Shown here one piece after another: positions 43,011 through 55,789 of a DNA stretch of 64,000 nt. Every line of letters begins with the position of its first letter. The first letter of the stretch is position 1. This DNA is from Schmidtea nova (Eukaryota). Below the pieces are notes generated by a model. The model was not told the origin of the DNA. It ran no database searches and was given only the letters and a program-made list of their open reading frames with translations. The stretch is taken from the NCBI GenBank assembly GCA_044892505.1, contig CM097882.1, positions 12,462,001 to 12,526,000 of the forward strand. The letters run 5' to 3'. The translations under genes were made by a program, and so were the position numbers.

Positions 43011-43919
43011 TCAATAATAATGCTTTTTTGTGCATCCGTCTACTTTACACATCATTTCCTTTTTACAATCCTTGACAATATGGTTGTTCTTGAGACAATT
43101 AAAACATAACTTTAATTCTTTGGCCTTGTTCAATCTTTGTTCCTGAGTCATTTCTTTGAACTTCTTGCACTGATTAATATAATGCTCTTCTGTACATATC
43201 AAACAAATCAATTTATCTTTCTTCAACTTCTTAAAAGCTGGGCATTGACTTTTAAAATGATTGCCTCCACAATTGAAACATCCAGTTTTATTAAATGACC
43301 CTTCATTGTCTTCACTAATCTGCACGTGAGACCTGAACTTTTGGTTTTGAGATCCAGTGTTAAAATTCCTTCGGTCTTCAAAAGTTCTCCTTAATGATTC
43401 AGTACCTCTTTTTATCTCAAAGATCTGTTTAGTTCTTTGCAATTTCTTTTGCAACCATTCCTGAAGACCTTTCACTCCTATTTTCTCTGGGTCTTCTATG
43501 TTCGAAGATACGATCATCCACTCGTCCAACATGGCTTCAGTTAATTGCTGGATTAACTTCTCATATATGAAACTTCTTCCAAGTTCGCTTTGTCTGCCCA
43601 TATCTTCCAAACTCACAATCAGTGTTTCCGTCAATTGTACCAACAATTCCATGTCTTTTACCTGACCTTCTCTTAATGGTCTAAATCTTTCTAATTCCTG
43701 TAAAAGACTAATATAAGCACGGTCGTTCCCTCCATAATTAATCTCCAGTTGTTCAAGCGCTGAATCATAAGCTTTAGCTGTGTGACCTAAATTTTCAATT
43801 AGTTTTAATGCTTCCCCTGCTAAATATTGACGTAGATGTTGAAGCTTTTCTTCCTTGGATCCAATTGCTTTATTGATACTTACTTCAAAGGCAGCTCTCC
43901 AAGTTCTATATTCTTTCAA
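43011..43919 (-). pseudogene. gag: BEL/Pao Gag (DUF1759-like region plus Cys/His knuckles)
   Basis: EYRTWRAAF...EKLQHLRQYLAGEALKLI...LEINYG; CFNCGGNHFKSQC, CLICTEEHYINQC, CFNCLKNNH, CKVDGCTKKH. Confidence 0.9.
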
Positions 43920-44290
43920 CTTACCATTAATTTTTTCATCTTACTTAGAGTAGGACCATGTTCCTCCGTTTTATAAGCTGGGGTCTGTGGTTCAACTTTT
44001 ACTTCTGTAAAACGATCGATTCGTTCATCTAAATCCTCACCTTTCTTTTCCAACTATAAAATATCTTTGGTAAGCTTTTTCACCTCACTTTCCTTTCCCA
44101 ATCTTTCACCTAATATTCTTAACTTTGCAAAATCTTCTAATGCCTTTTCATACTCCTCTTAGAATTGTAAATATATTTCAATGCAATTATCCTTACCTAA
44201 TGCCATCTTCACCTGATTCCTACTTCTTGTCAACCTATTCTTTCTCTTTGATACCTCCAGTAATCCTCCGAAAAATTCATTTTCATTACT

Positions 44291-44517
44291 TCCTCCCTTT
44301 AAACCCATTAACACTTGGACTGTGGAACCATGCTTAATTCCATGATCCTTCAATTTTGTCCCCTAACAGATGTTTTCCCCCATGAATTAAATTTTGATTT
44401 CTAATGGGAACCCCTTCTTTTCTAAAGATTATCCTTTTAAGGTCGTATATTGAGGAATTTATTTTTTATTTGGACTGTAACAACTTTGCCACTTAATGTC
44501 TTTACAAAAATTTGTAT
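44291..44517 (-). pseudogene. Ubiquitin-like domain ending LKGG, upstream of BEL gag (two small frameshifts)
   Basis: Joined frames read IQIFVKTLSGKVVTVQIKN-SSIYDLKRIIFRKEGVPIRNQNLIHGGKHLLGDK-LKDHGIKHGSTVQVLMGLKGG, colinear with ubiquitin MQIFVKTLTGK...KEGIPPDQQRLIFAGKQL...LRGG; 227 nt, about 76 codons. Confidence 0.85.
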
Positions 44518-46434
44518 ATCATTTGGGGATAAGGTATCCCATGACAACCTCCGAGGCCCATTACGGGGGGTGCCGTTATATGGCAAAAATAATACCCTAT
44601 CACAATATATTTTATTAAAATAAATTCCAAAAATCGCATCATGGCAAATTGTATTCATACCTGCTATTATCTGGTTTCCCAACATCGGTAACTCGGCGGT
44701 ATCTCCGGCATTTGGGAATCTCTTTGCATAGAGGACATCAGTCCTTGTCGCGCCTCTTGATCGCTCAAACTCATTAATATTATTCATAATAAAATTAAAG
44801 AGACCTTTTTCCTGGTGAGGATCGAAATTTCTTAAAGGCCCCCTCACCTGAGCCATCATTTTCTGAATTCTAGCGTCAATATATTCTTCAGTCACTTAAA
44901 TAGATCACACCAAATATAAAATAATGGTGGATCCATGTTTTGATGTAGAGGTTGTTAAAATTCTATGGTTTCTAGGGACACTAAAACTATGTATCCTTCA
45001 TGAAATTTCAACTTACCTCACTCTTGTACCTTTATCTACTCTTAAGTAATTATGTTGGTAATGTATACATTGACACGAGAACCAATGAGCAGGTGTGCTT
45101 CGTTTCCAAAATATACTCCTTATTGCATTTTCTTTTTGGATTCTTGTCTTGCGAAAGAAGATCTTACTCACAGAATTCTTTATATTTCTAAGGTTTATTC
45201 AATTATTGTTTTGTATCTTTTTAAAAAATCATTTACTACTAACTACCCATAGATTGAGTTATACCTTATCCTCTGATATACATCCATTGATCTCTAGAAA
45301 AGTTTTGACAGCGTACCGCTTGTATTTTCTCTACATGTATTTCTTTATCCTTTGATTTTAGGTTTTACTCTACTTCACCCGAATAGGTGCTAAATAAGTT
45401 CGCGAAAATTCGATTTGCGTACTAAATGCTTTATCTGGTGAGGGCATTGGCTCGAAAAACTCAAGCATGTACGTAAGTCTGATAGGAACGTTTAATGAAC
45501 CGAGAAGCAAATATCAAACTTAACTAAAGTTTTGCACAGTAACATTTCAATGCAAAATAAGAATAAATTTGCTGGGAAGGGAAAAGTTTCATTGATAATT
45601 TTTAGCGTCGTATTTATAGTGTTTTTCAATATTACATCCACGCACGCTGCTATCGAACTTCATGTTTTGTGATCAAACTTTTTCTCACCCACAACGTGAA
45701 TAAATTTCAGAAATTTTTGAAAATATTTTACATACCTACTCTATTAAAATGAATAATTTATTTTTTCTCGATAAAGTTATTTTTTAAAATTATTTTATTT
45801 ATTTTCTAATTATTTGTCATTAATTTTACTAAAATTACTTGTGTATTCATAATGGTGCCGTTCTACGCTAGTCAATCGATTAATTAAAACAATCCAATTT
45901 ATTCTAATTATCTGTTTGGTCATATCTACGCTTTTTAACGATATTTCAAAGGGATTTACAATATAAGTTTTAATAAAATTTTCTCTTTTTTTAGTACTAT
46001 TTTTATCATTGATCATCTTTTTCGTATTTTTTGTACTATCAATGATCTTTCCCTATTTAATTTTCATGCGGTTCTTTGTATGTAAATTTTATCAATCTTT
46101 TTCCTATCTTAATCAACTTTTACAACCGATTCGTTTGCTTATTGTGTTGTACCTCCCATCTCTAGAGTTTTATTATTTTAATTAATCATGTTTAATGACA
46201 CTTTTGTATTATATTTTATTTTATTTGATGTTTTTGGTGTCTTAGTGGATTTTGAATTTAGATATTGCAATGCTTGTGTATTTTCGACACATTAAAACAA
46301 TCAAAAATTCCACTTCAGTTAGCTTAACACTTGGTTGTAAAATATGTATCAAATTTTGTCCAATATTAGTAAGTAGATATTTACCGGTGTCAGTGTATTA
46401 GTAGGATAGTTTTGGACTTTCCAAAAGAAAAGAT

Positions 46435-46710
46435 TCATAAGTTTTTCTCCTGTAGTCTTGAATACAAAGTCTTGACTCTAATTTGACAAATAATTATTTT
46501 ACAAATAATTATGAAGTTATATACTTGTATGGCTTGGAGAATTATCGCGTTACTGACGGATGTGTTGAGTTTCTGGGCAACTATTGTATTGTTGACATGA
46601 TTTAACGCACTCAAAGCATTAGTCTGTAGAATTGTAGTGCTGTTTTCTAAATCATTGTCTGTTTGTTTGAATGTATATAAAACTCCTCCAGAATATTGAT
46701 AATTTGTCAA
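46435..46710 (-). CDS. Possible further host exon (same strand as the receptor gene)
   Basis: Stop-free, protein-like stretch (..VAQKLNTSVSNAIILQAI) next to a gap; boundaries and identity unresolved. Confidence 0.25.
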   Translation of the reverse strand: MTNYQYSGGVLYTFKQTDNDLENSTTILQTNALSALNHVNNTIVAQKLNTSVSNAIILQAIQVYNFIIICKIIICQIRVKTLYSRLQEKNL

Positions 46711-49280
46711 AAATGCATTTNNNNNNNNNNNNNNNNNNNNNNNNNNNNNNNNNNNNNNNNNNNNNNNNNNNNNNNNNNNNNNNNNNNNNNNNNNNNNNNN
46801 NNNNNNNNNNNNNNNNNNNNNNNNNNNNNNNNNNNNNNNNNNNNNNNNNNNNNNNNAAATATGAATGAATTATATTGCAGAGATCGATAAAGACTCTGAA
46901 ATCATAAAAATATCAAATTAGAAAAATTCAATTTATTAAATATTTAAATAATAATGGCCAAGATTTAATTAATGAAAAACGATACTCATATAACTTCCGT
47001 AAGAAAGAAGTTATGTCAGGTTTGGATCCGTATCAGTTATCGTGAAGTCATATTTCGGTATCATTTTTTATTGTGAATTGTTTAAATGTTTGGAATTTCG
47101 TAATTTTTTAAATTTAATTATGTATATCATTTTTTTGTNNNNNNNNNNNNNNNNNNNNNNNNNNNNNNNNNNNNNNNNNNNNNNNNNNNNNNNNNNNNNN
47201 NNNNNNNNNNNNNNNNNNNNNNNNNNNNNNNNNNNNNNNNNNNNNNNNNNNNNNNNNNNNNNNNNNNNNNNNNNNNNNNNNNNNNNNNNNNNNNNNNNNN
47301 NNNNNNNNNNNNATAATTCACTTATTTATTCGCTTAATATATTTATTTATTGTTTATTATTAATATTATTTTATTATTATTTTATAATTATTATTTTTAT
47401 GATGTAAACACCATTTGTAAAAATTTTAAATATTACCCAAATTTTCAAAAAATAGACTGAAAAAAATTTGTAAAATATAAAACAAATAATCAAAATAAAT
47501 AAAAAACGAATAAAAAAATAAATTTTTCAACATAGTTTTATTTAAATAAAACCATCATATTGGAAAACTTCAACTGGGTTTTGAAACATTTGAACTGATC
47601 TGGATTGATTTTGAATCTTGATCGGTGTATTCAAATGTCGTCAAGTCACCTCCTTTTATTTTTAGCTACTCATTTCCTTTAGTAGTCAGGGTTAGTTAGT
47701 ACAATTGATTTTATTTTTAATGGCGAACAGTTGATTGTTTTTACTTGTTATTCGGGCTTGGGGAATAGAAAATATTTGGTTATTATTAAAACAATACAGG
47801 TTTGACTGGTGTTTAATGTCAGTATCTAGCAATGTTAACCCCCATAGCATTTTAATCATTTTTATCATAGCCTAAAAGAAACCTCAAAGAAACACCCACT
47901 TCTGTATTTAAGTCTTTTATTTTAGTCTTTGATACTAAATAGTCCTTAATACTATTTATAATCTTTATCAAGATTACACAGAACTTAGTGAAGAATTTGA
48001 TAAATTACATAATCAAATTAATAATAATTATTTATTTTTAAAATATTTTTTATTCTAGTCTGCACACATGTTTTGTTATTTATTTGTATTTTCACCTATT
48101 TAAAGTAACTTAATTGATTTTTCATTGTAGTATATTGTATAGGTAAATTTTATTTTCTGTTAAACGGTTTAATTTAAAACTGTTTAAAGTTGTCGTAAAT
48201 CGTGTTGCACACGTGTTTCGTAAAAAAAATATTTGTTTTTCGGCAATTTAGCATAAATTTATTGAATATTTATTGATATCATTTATAGATAGAATTAAAT
48301 TTTATATCACATACACAAAATATGTATATAAGGTTTTGTGTGTTGCGTGTTTGTTATTGATAATTCTAATCAATTTATCAAAAGTAATTACAATAATTTG
48401 ATTCAGTTTGCAGAAATAAAATATAACTGTTGTGAAAAAACTGTAATGTAATATAGTTTAACAGGAATTCATTGAAATATGTGATCTAATTTATTGTAAT
48501 AATATGATTTGGATGCAATTCTTTGAAATATTAATATATTCATATTAATTGTAATTTGTTACAACTTTTTGAAACAATACAATGCAGACTACTAAATGAT
48601 ACATCATTTTATGTTTTCAAAATATATTTAGTTTTTAAATTCCGCAACGTGATATATTTATGCCTAGATCAATTTAAAATTTTCAAAATTTAAATTAGAC
48701 AGCAAAACAAGATTCAGTCAAATAAGAAAGAAGCAGACGCCAATCGAGTAACTAGACCAAGTCAACTCATTAATACACAAATAATGCTTTATTTACGCAA
48801 TTTCATGATAAGCAGTGTATAACAACTGGTGGTTATTTTAAATTTGTAGATCCTTTGTAATTTGTGTAACAATCTGTAATAATGAATAAAGATTTAAATT
48901 GTCTTAAAAGTGTTTTTTGTTGGTTAAGTAAAGCACGGTCGGATTCTAATAATTAATTAACAATTTAATACTTTACCAACAATCTAACAATAACTATTAC
49001 GAATGCATTAAATGTGAAGCGTTATTGATAAGAGCTTTGAATTCAAAGATTAATGTGCAGAATACGGTAAACACGTGTATCTTGAATGTTTTAAATAGTT
49101 TTGATGTTAGCATGGGTGTGTTATTGTATTAATTGAACTGAATGATAAACTTAATTTTTTTTTCAAATTAAATAAATAATTTTTGAATTTGTAAAAAATT
49201 CATTAATAATTAAAAATTTTTAAATCATTTAAAAAAATTTTCGATGATTTTTAATAAATTTAAAATATACTTTTATTAAA

Positions 49281-49480
49281 ATTAATATCAATAATTCCGA
49301 TAATAATTAAGACTATAGATAATAAAAAAATTTATACAAGTACACAATATTTCGGCACAGCTTTTATCAAGTGTGTATTTGGTATACACACTTGATAAAG
49401 ACTGTGCCGAAATATTGTGTACTTGTTTAAAAGAAATTTTGATCTATAGTCTTACCGTTATGGGAATTATTGATATTAAT
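49281..49480. mobile_element. Palindromic MITE-like element, copy 2
   Basis: Central atcaagtgtgtat-ttggt-atacacacttgat dyad; same family as 4791-4987 including the adjacent tail. Confidence 0.8.
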
Positions 49481-49657
49481 ATTAAAAAAGATCAAAGGTT
49501 AAACAAAAAGGTAATTATGATATTTTATCAAAATTAAATTAAAAATTTATTTCATTATTTTTTTATAATTTGTTTTAATAAATTGAATAACACAGCTTTT
49601 TTATGTTAAGAATGACATGGAGTCTGTCTAAATATGAGTTTTATGAGTGGCATTCAA

Positions 49658-49661
<4 letters not shown>

Positions 49662-49731
<70 letters not shown>
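49662..49731. repeat. (TA)n microsatellite
   Basis: Directly visible. Confidence 0.95.
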
Positions 49732-49735
<4 letters not shown>

Positions 49736-49974
49736 GATGTCTTGTTTTATGTTTATTTTATGTAATTATTCCTTTAACAGTTTGTAAGCGCCGTCATTAC
49801 TATGGACGGTGCCCTTGCGGTCACCAGGAACCCCCCCTTTTTATTTTTATTTATTGTAAACTAATTAAAGAATTTAAATTATAAAATTTAAATTCTGAAT
49901 TCAAATAGCTTACTATAGGAAACTATAGTAAGCTGAATTCAGAATTAATAAAAAATTGATTGAAAAATATAACT

Positions 49975-50894
49975 AATTGAAAACGGGAAACGAATTGGAA
50001 ACAAATTGAAAACGAATTGAAAACGAATTGAAAACGAATTGAAAACGAATTGAAAACGAATTGAAAACGAATTGAAAACGAATTGAAAACGAATTGAAAA
50101 CGAATTGAAAACGAATTGAAAACGAATTGAAAACGAATTGGAAACAAATTGAAAACGAATTGAAAACGAATTGAAAACGAATTGAAAACGAATTGAAAAC
50201 GAATTGAAAACGAATTGAAAACGAATTGAAAACGAATTGAAAACGAATTGAAAACGAATTGAAAACGAATTGAAAACGAATTGAAAACGAATTGAAAACG
50301 AATTGAAAACGAATTGAAAACGAATTGAAAACGAATTGAAAACGAATTGAAAACGAATTGAAAACGAATTGGAAACGAATTGAAAACAAATTGAAAACAA
50401 ATTGAAAACGAATTGAAAACGAATTGAAAACGAATTGAAAACGAATTGAAAACGAATTGAAAACGAATTGAAAACGAATTGAAAACGAATTGAAAACGAA
50501 TTGAAAACGAATTGAAAACGAATTGAAAACGAATTGAAAACGAATTGAAAACGAATTGAAAACGAATTGAAAACGAATTGAAAACGAATTGAAAACGAAT
50601 TGAAAACGAATTGGAAACGAATTGAAAACAAATTGAAAACAAATTGAAAACGAATTGAAAACGAATTGAAAACGAATTGAAAACGAATTGAAAACGAATT
50701 GAAAACGAATTGAAAACGAATTGAAAACGAATTGAAAACGAATTGAAAACGAATTGAAAACGAATTGAAAACGAATTGAAAACGAATTGAAGACGAATTG
50801 AAAACGAATTGAAAACGAATTGAAAACGAATTGAAAACGAATTGAAAACGAATTGAAAACGAATTGAAAACGAATTGAAAATGAATTGAAAACG
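49975..50894. repeat. 11-bp satellite (AATTGAAAACG), ~84 copies
   Basis: Directly visible; rare variants (GGAAAC, AAAACAAA) recur at two places. Confidence 0.97.
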
Positions 50895-51145
50895 AAACTC
50901 TATAAAGTAACTTCTGTAAAATTGTATATTTGACAATATCTGGTTATAGTTAATAATTAATTTATCACATTGTTTATTATTTTATTTTGTCACTTATAAT
51001 CTACCAATACACAGCATACACCCCGAGTGTCCCCACAACAATCGGGCTGACTCTCTCGGGTCCTACAACTCTTCTTCTCATTCGTAAACGTTCACATACA
51101 CAAACAACTAAACTCATTTTGAACAGCGCATAGACCATTAATAAC

Positions 51146-51157
51146 TGGTGTCAGAAG
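51146..51157 (+). promoter_or_regulatory. Primer-binding site, probably tRNA-Leu
   Basis: TGGTGTCAGAAG is complementary to the ...CUUCUGACACCA 3' end of tRNA-Leu(CAA) as I recall it; 12-nt match. Confidence 0.65.
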
Positions 51158-51345
51158 CAAACACACACACACACACACACACACTCGCCGTTTTTTACAA
51201 GCGTTAACGCCTTTAGCATACCTATTATAGAGGTATAAGGATTAACATTACTTTTAGCCGAACACAGTAGGCTATATCCTTTTGTCAAGCTCATTTTTTT
51301 TAACATAAAAAAAAACAACATAACAAACAACAACAACAAAACTAA

Positions 51346-52476
51346 ATGGCATCGAACCAAGCAAACCCAAACATTTCACAAACACCCATGGATAACGAAA
51401 ACACACAACCCCAACACGAAAACAACAACTACTATTACAACCCCGAAAACACACACACCATAAACTCTGTAATCAACCCGAAACCCAACTTACCAAACTA
51501 CTTCACCGATGAAAATGGCACTCCACAAAAATGGCTGGAATTTGCTAAATTAACATTAACATTGTCAGGAATAAAATCCACAAAAACCCTATGCTCCAAC
51601 ATTATAGCCGCACTCCCTAGCAACAAACTAAATGAAATAGCGGATCAGATCGAAGAAATTTCGAAGGATGACGACCCCTTCAACAAATTATGCAACATCC
51701 TGACAAACAAAAATAAAATAAACAGACGACAAATGCTAGAATCTTGCCTCAACAACACCCAACTAGGGGACAATAAACCCACTGATTTCCTCAGGCAATT
51801 AAAACAAAAACTAGAATATTTGCAACCAAATATAACAAATTCGGGTTCAAATGAACTAGTGAAAGAATTTTTCATGCGAGCAATGCCACCAGAAATCAGG
51901 AGGATTTTGGCAGCCAGCAACAACGCTGATGTGGAAACGCTTGCCGACATAGCGGATAAGATCAACGAGGAAATCTATCCGACTATATGCAGCACCCAAA
52001 ACAACAACAAAAACAAACCGCACTACAATAACCCCGCTTACAACAAAAACAACGAAACTAACGACAACATGAACAAATTATTAAACACCCTAATCGGTAA
52101 ATTCGACGAAATCATAGTCGAAAACAGACAAATTAAAACAGAATTAGCCGAAATAAAAGAACGTTGCAATAAACAGACCTTCAACTCAACACAATCATAC
52201 GGCAATTACAACAGATATAACTACAACAGAGACCTGCCATCAGACGGTCAAAACAGACAAAACTACAGCCGCAGCCAATCACCGAACAACAATTACAGAA
52301 ACCGGTCAAACTCCCCTAATCGAGGCAACAATTACCGAAACAGAAGCCCAGAAAGAGACCCAAGAAACAATTACCTAAACAAAAACCTTTGCTATTTCCA
52401 CAACAAATTTGGTGAAAAAGCATTTAAATGCACACAACCCTGCGAATTCAATAAAACAGAGCAGGGAAACCAATAA
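51346..52476 (+). CDS. gag: Gag with CHCC zinc finger
   Basis: LGDNKPTDFLRQL, FFMRAMPPEIRRILA, CYFHNKFGEKAFKCTQPC (C-x2-H-x9-C-x3-C, typical of the CsRn1 clade). Confidence 0.92.
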   Translation: MASNQANPNISQTPMDNENTQPQHENNNYYYNPENTHTINSVINPKPNLPNYFTDENGTPQKWLEFAKLTLTLSGIKSTKTLCSNIIAALPSNKLNEIADQIEEISKDDDPFNKLCNILTNKNKINRRQMLESCLNNTQLGDNKPTDFLRQLKQKLEYLQPNITNSGSNELVKEFFMRAMPPEIRRILAASNNADVETLADIADKINEEIYPTICSTQNNNKNKPHYNNPAYNKNNETNDNMNKLLNTLIGKFDEIIVENRQIKTELAEIKERCNKQTFNSTQSYGNYNRYNYNRDLPSDGQNRQNYSRSQSPNNNYRNRSNSPNRGNNYRNRSPERDPRNNYLNKNLCYFHNKFGEKAFKCTQPCEFNKTEQGNQ

Positions 52477-52530
52477 GGTCACCAATGATAGCACCCACAT
52501 CAGGTGACAAAAATAACACATTTTGGGTGC
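52464..52530 (+). promoter_or_regulatory. -1 ribosomal frameshift signal: GGGAAAC heptamer plus H-type pseudoknot
   Basis: G_GGA_AAC in the gag frame, with the -1 frame open into pol. Stem 1 GTCACC(52478-83)/GGTGAC(52503-08); stem 2 GCACCCA(52491-97)/TGGGTGC(52524-30). Confidence 0.8.
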
Positions 52531-55500
52531 ACAGCAATAACATAGATTTTTTAATAGACACCGGCTCGGTGATCTCACTACTGCCCCATTCTATGTATAA
52601 AAGTGCCAACAAAACAGAAAAACCACTAACAGCAGCTAACGGCACAAACATAAAAACCTTCGGGCAACAACAAATAAATTTTAACATAAACCAAAAGAAT
52701 TACAACTGGACATTCACAATAGCTGAGGTCCAACAAGCGATAATAGGAGCAGATTTCCTAACAAATTACAACCTCCTAGTGGATTGTAAAAACAAACAAA
52801 TAATAGAAAATAACACTAATACTACAACACCACAGCACAACACAAACAATGGAAGAAAGCCAAAAATAGACATCGGTGTGATCCAAACGGATACACCTAA
52901 CAATAGACAAAAACAAAAACTGAATCACGACCCAGAAATAAATAAACTACTGGGAAAATTCGAAAAACTCACCGAACCAGTAACTTTCGACAAAAACGCG
53001 GATCACTCTACCGAACATACAATCATAACAAACGGAAACCCGGTGCATGCAAAGGTGAGACAACTAGATCCACAAAAAACAAAAATTACGAACGAAATTT
53101 TCAAGGAGTTACTAGAAAACAAAATAGTAACTCACTCGAACTCTGATTGGTCCTCAGCACTCATGCTCAAACAAAAGGCAAACGGGGAATGGAGAGCTTG
53201 TGGAGACTACCGAATGCTCAACAAAATCACGGAACCAGACAACTACCCTCTGCCTATCATCAGAGACATAATAAACAGATTAAAAGGAGCCAAACTCTTC
53301 TCGAAAATTGATTTACAGAAGGCTTACCATCAAATACCCATCAGGAACGAGGATATAAAAAAAACAGCAATCGTAACACCAATCGGCATGTTCGAGTACA
53401 ACAGAATGCCATTTGGTTTGCGAAACGCAGCTGCAACATTCCAACGTTTTATGGACAAGACGCTGAAAAACAACCAGAACACAATAGCTTATTTGGACGA
53501 CATCCTCATAGCAAGCCCAAACAAAACTGCTCACTTAAAAGACATCGAAAAGGTGTTTGAAACGCTGAACTCCGCAAATCTCAAAATAAACATACAAAAA
53601 TGCGAATTTTTGAAAAAAGAAATAAATTTTCTGGGACATACACTGGACGAAAAAGGCACGAAGCCAATAGACAAGAAAATAAGCACGATACAAGAGTTCA
53701 AATTACCGAACACAAATAGAGAGCTAAGACGATTCTTAGGGATGGTAAACTTTTACCATGCGTACATCCCTAACTGTAGTGAATTGTTAGCTCCATTAAA
53801 CGACCTGATCAAGACAAGAAGAAACATTAAAATAAACTGGACCGAACAAACTACCAAACAGTTCGAAAAAGCAAAAACAAGCTTATCCCGAGCAACATTA
53901 CTCGGATATCCAAATCCAGAACTTGACTACAACTTAGCAACAGACTGCTCTGGATATGCAATGGGCGCAACGTTATACCAAGAGAATGAATACGGCAAAC
54001 AGCCAATCGGGTTTTTCTCAAAAAAACTAAAGATACATCAAACACGATACTCAACTTTTGATCGAGAACTACTCGCGATACATGAAGCCATCAAACACTT
54101 CCAACACTTACTGGAAGCAAGAAATTTCAAAATATATACGGACCACAAACCGTTAACAAACGCGATACAAATGAAAAACCCATCGCCACGACAAATAAGA
54201 CAATTAAATTACATATCACAATTTAATTGCACAATCAACTATGTCGCTGGCGCCGCAAACATAGCAGCAGACACTCTGTCAAGAATAGAAACAGACATAA
54301 ACGCACTAGAATTTGGCGAACTATTCGAAATCGAAAAAATTAAAAACAAACAACCAGAAACTTTAAAAGAACTTCCGCTAAAACACAGCCTGAAATTAGA
54401 AAAAATCAATGAAGTTTGGTACGACGTCAGCAACGAAAACGCACCAAGAATACTCTTACCAAAAGAGTTTAGGAAATCGTGTATTTCGAAAATTCATGAC
54501 ATCAGCCATCCAGGTAACAAAGCCACGTTCGAAATAATTCACAACAGATACATATGGCCAAATATGAGAAAGGAAATCAAAAGTTTTCCTAAAAACATGC
54601 AAAGATTGCCAAATCAACAAAATATCAAAGAAACCAACAACACAAAAAGTAAACTTTCCAAGCAGTCAACCTTTCGAGATGATTCACATCGACATAGTAG
54701 GACCGTTACCACCAAACAACGGGTACAACTACCTACTCACAATCATCGACAGGAAGACTAACTGGTTCGAAATCATCCCGCTAAAGGAAACATCAGCCCA
54801 GAACATATGCAACAAGCTCGAACTAAATTGGATAGCTCGCTACGGTCAACCAAAAGTATTGATAACAGACCAAGGGAGACAGTTCGAATCAGAATTGTTC
54901 AGTACTCTGTGCAACAAATACAACATCAAAAGAAACCGCACAACAGCTTACAACCCTCAAGCAAATGGAAAAATCGAGAGATTGCACAGAACACTAAAGG
55001 AAAGTATCCGAACCAAAGCAGACGACAGAAATTGGCTAAGTCAACTCCCGACAATCTTACTGGGACTAAGAAACACGCCAAACTCAACTGACAACGAAAG
55101 CCCAGCATACAAAGTATTCGGCAGAGAAGCAAATCTCCCAACAATCAAAAACAATACAACCAAAAACGCGGAAACCAACACAAACAACGAAAAAACTGGA
55201 AAAAAATTAAAAGGAATCCTTAAAAAAAGAGCTAACTCTGAAATGGATGGAAAAGTAGTGCTGACAACAGACTACGTATTAGTAAAAAAGCCCTTCACCA
55301 AAGGTTTCGAACCAAAATACGAAGGCCCTTTCAGATTGCTCGAAATTAATAAAAATGTCGCAACAATAATAAAAGATAACACCAAAATAAGAATCAATCT
55401 GAGAAGAATTAAGCCATACCACAACAACCAAAACACCCCAAACAACCCAACAAAAGAGAAAGCCCCGGCAGAAATAAAAACTCAAACAAAACACAAACAC

Positions 55501-55596
55501 ATCACATTCAACTCCAAAAACTCGATAAAACTGTTCGACAAGGACACCATAATCACACCCCTTTACAAAAAACGCTATAGCGATTGCCTCAAATAA
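52485..55596 (+). CDS. pol: Pol (PR-RT-RH-IN) with one +1 nt frameshift near 54585
   Basis: FLIDTGS, YLDD, LATDCSG, YSTFDRELLA, IHIDIVGP, ITDQGRQF, NGKIERLH, YEGPF. Removing one T from agttttccta restores FLKTCKDC. Confidence 0.95.
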
Positions 55597-55728
55597 AAAT
55601 ACACAAACATACACGAACAAAACACAAGCACAACACAGCGAAATGTACAGTTTTTATTTTTCGTGTAAGTAGTACCATATGGGCTATCTACACCACTAGT
55701 ACCCCCCCCTACCCCCCCCCCCCCCCGA

Positions 55729-55760
<32 letters not shown>

Positions 55761-55789
55761 GAAATTTTTTGAAATTTTTGAATTTTAAG

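Larger units (their letters stand above)
38908..44895 (-). mobile_element. Decayed BEL/Pao LTR retrotransposon (internal region)
   Basis: Gag-PR-RT-RH-IN order with Pao-type motifs and several stops/frameshifts. PPT AAGGAGAGGGGGA (38908-38920) is followed by TGTTGAG, the start of a 3' LTR; no matching 5' LTR found. Confidence 0.93.
51146..55596 (+). mobile_element. CsRn1/Boudicca-like Ty3/gypsy retrotransposon, nearly intact coding region, LTR pair not visible
   Basis: PBS, gag with CHCC finger, PR-RT-RH-IN; only one lesion seen. Confidence 0.9.

Noticed and set aside
44896-46400. 5' LTR and PBS of the BEL element
   Set aside because: No copy of the 38907-proximal sequence and no convincing tRNA-complementary site found by eye.
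49923-50936. 337-, 228- and 138-aa ORFs
   Set aside because: Translations of the stop-free strand of the 11-bp satellite; the repeat is also not a telomeric motif.
50990-51145. Defined 5' LTR for the CsRn1-like element
   Set aside because: Probably LTR sequence given the PBS, but there is no second copy in the window, so boundaries cannot be supported.
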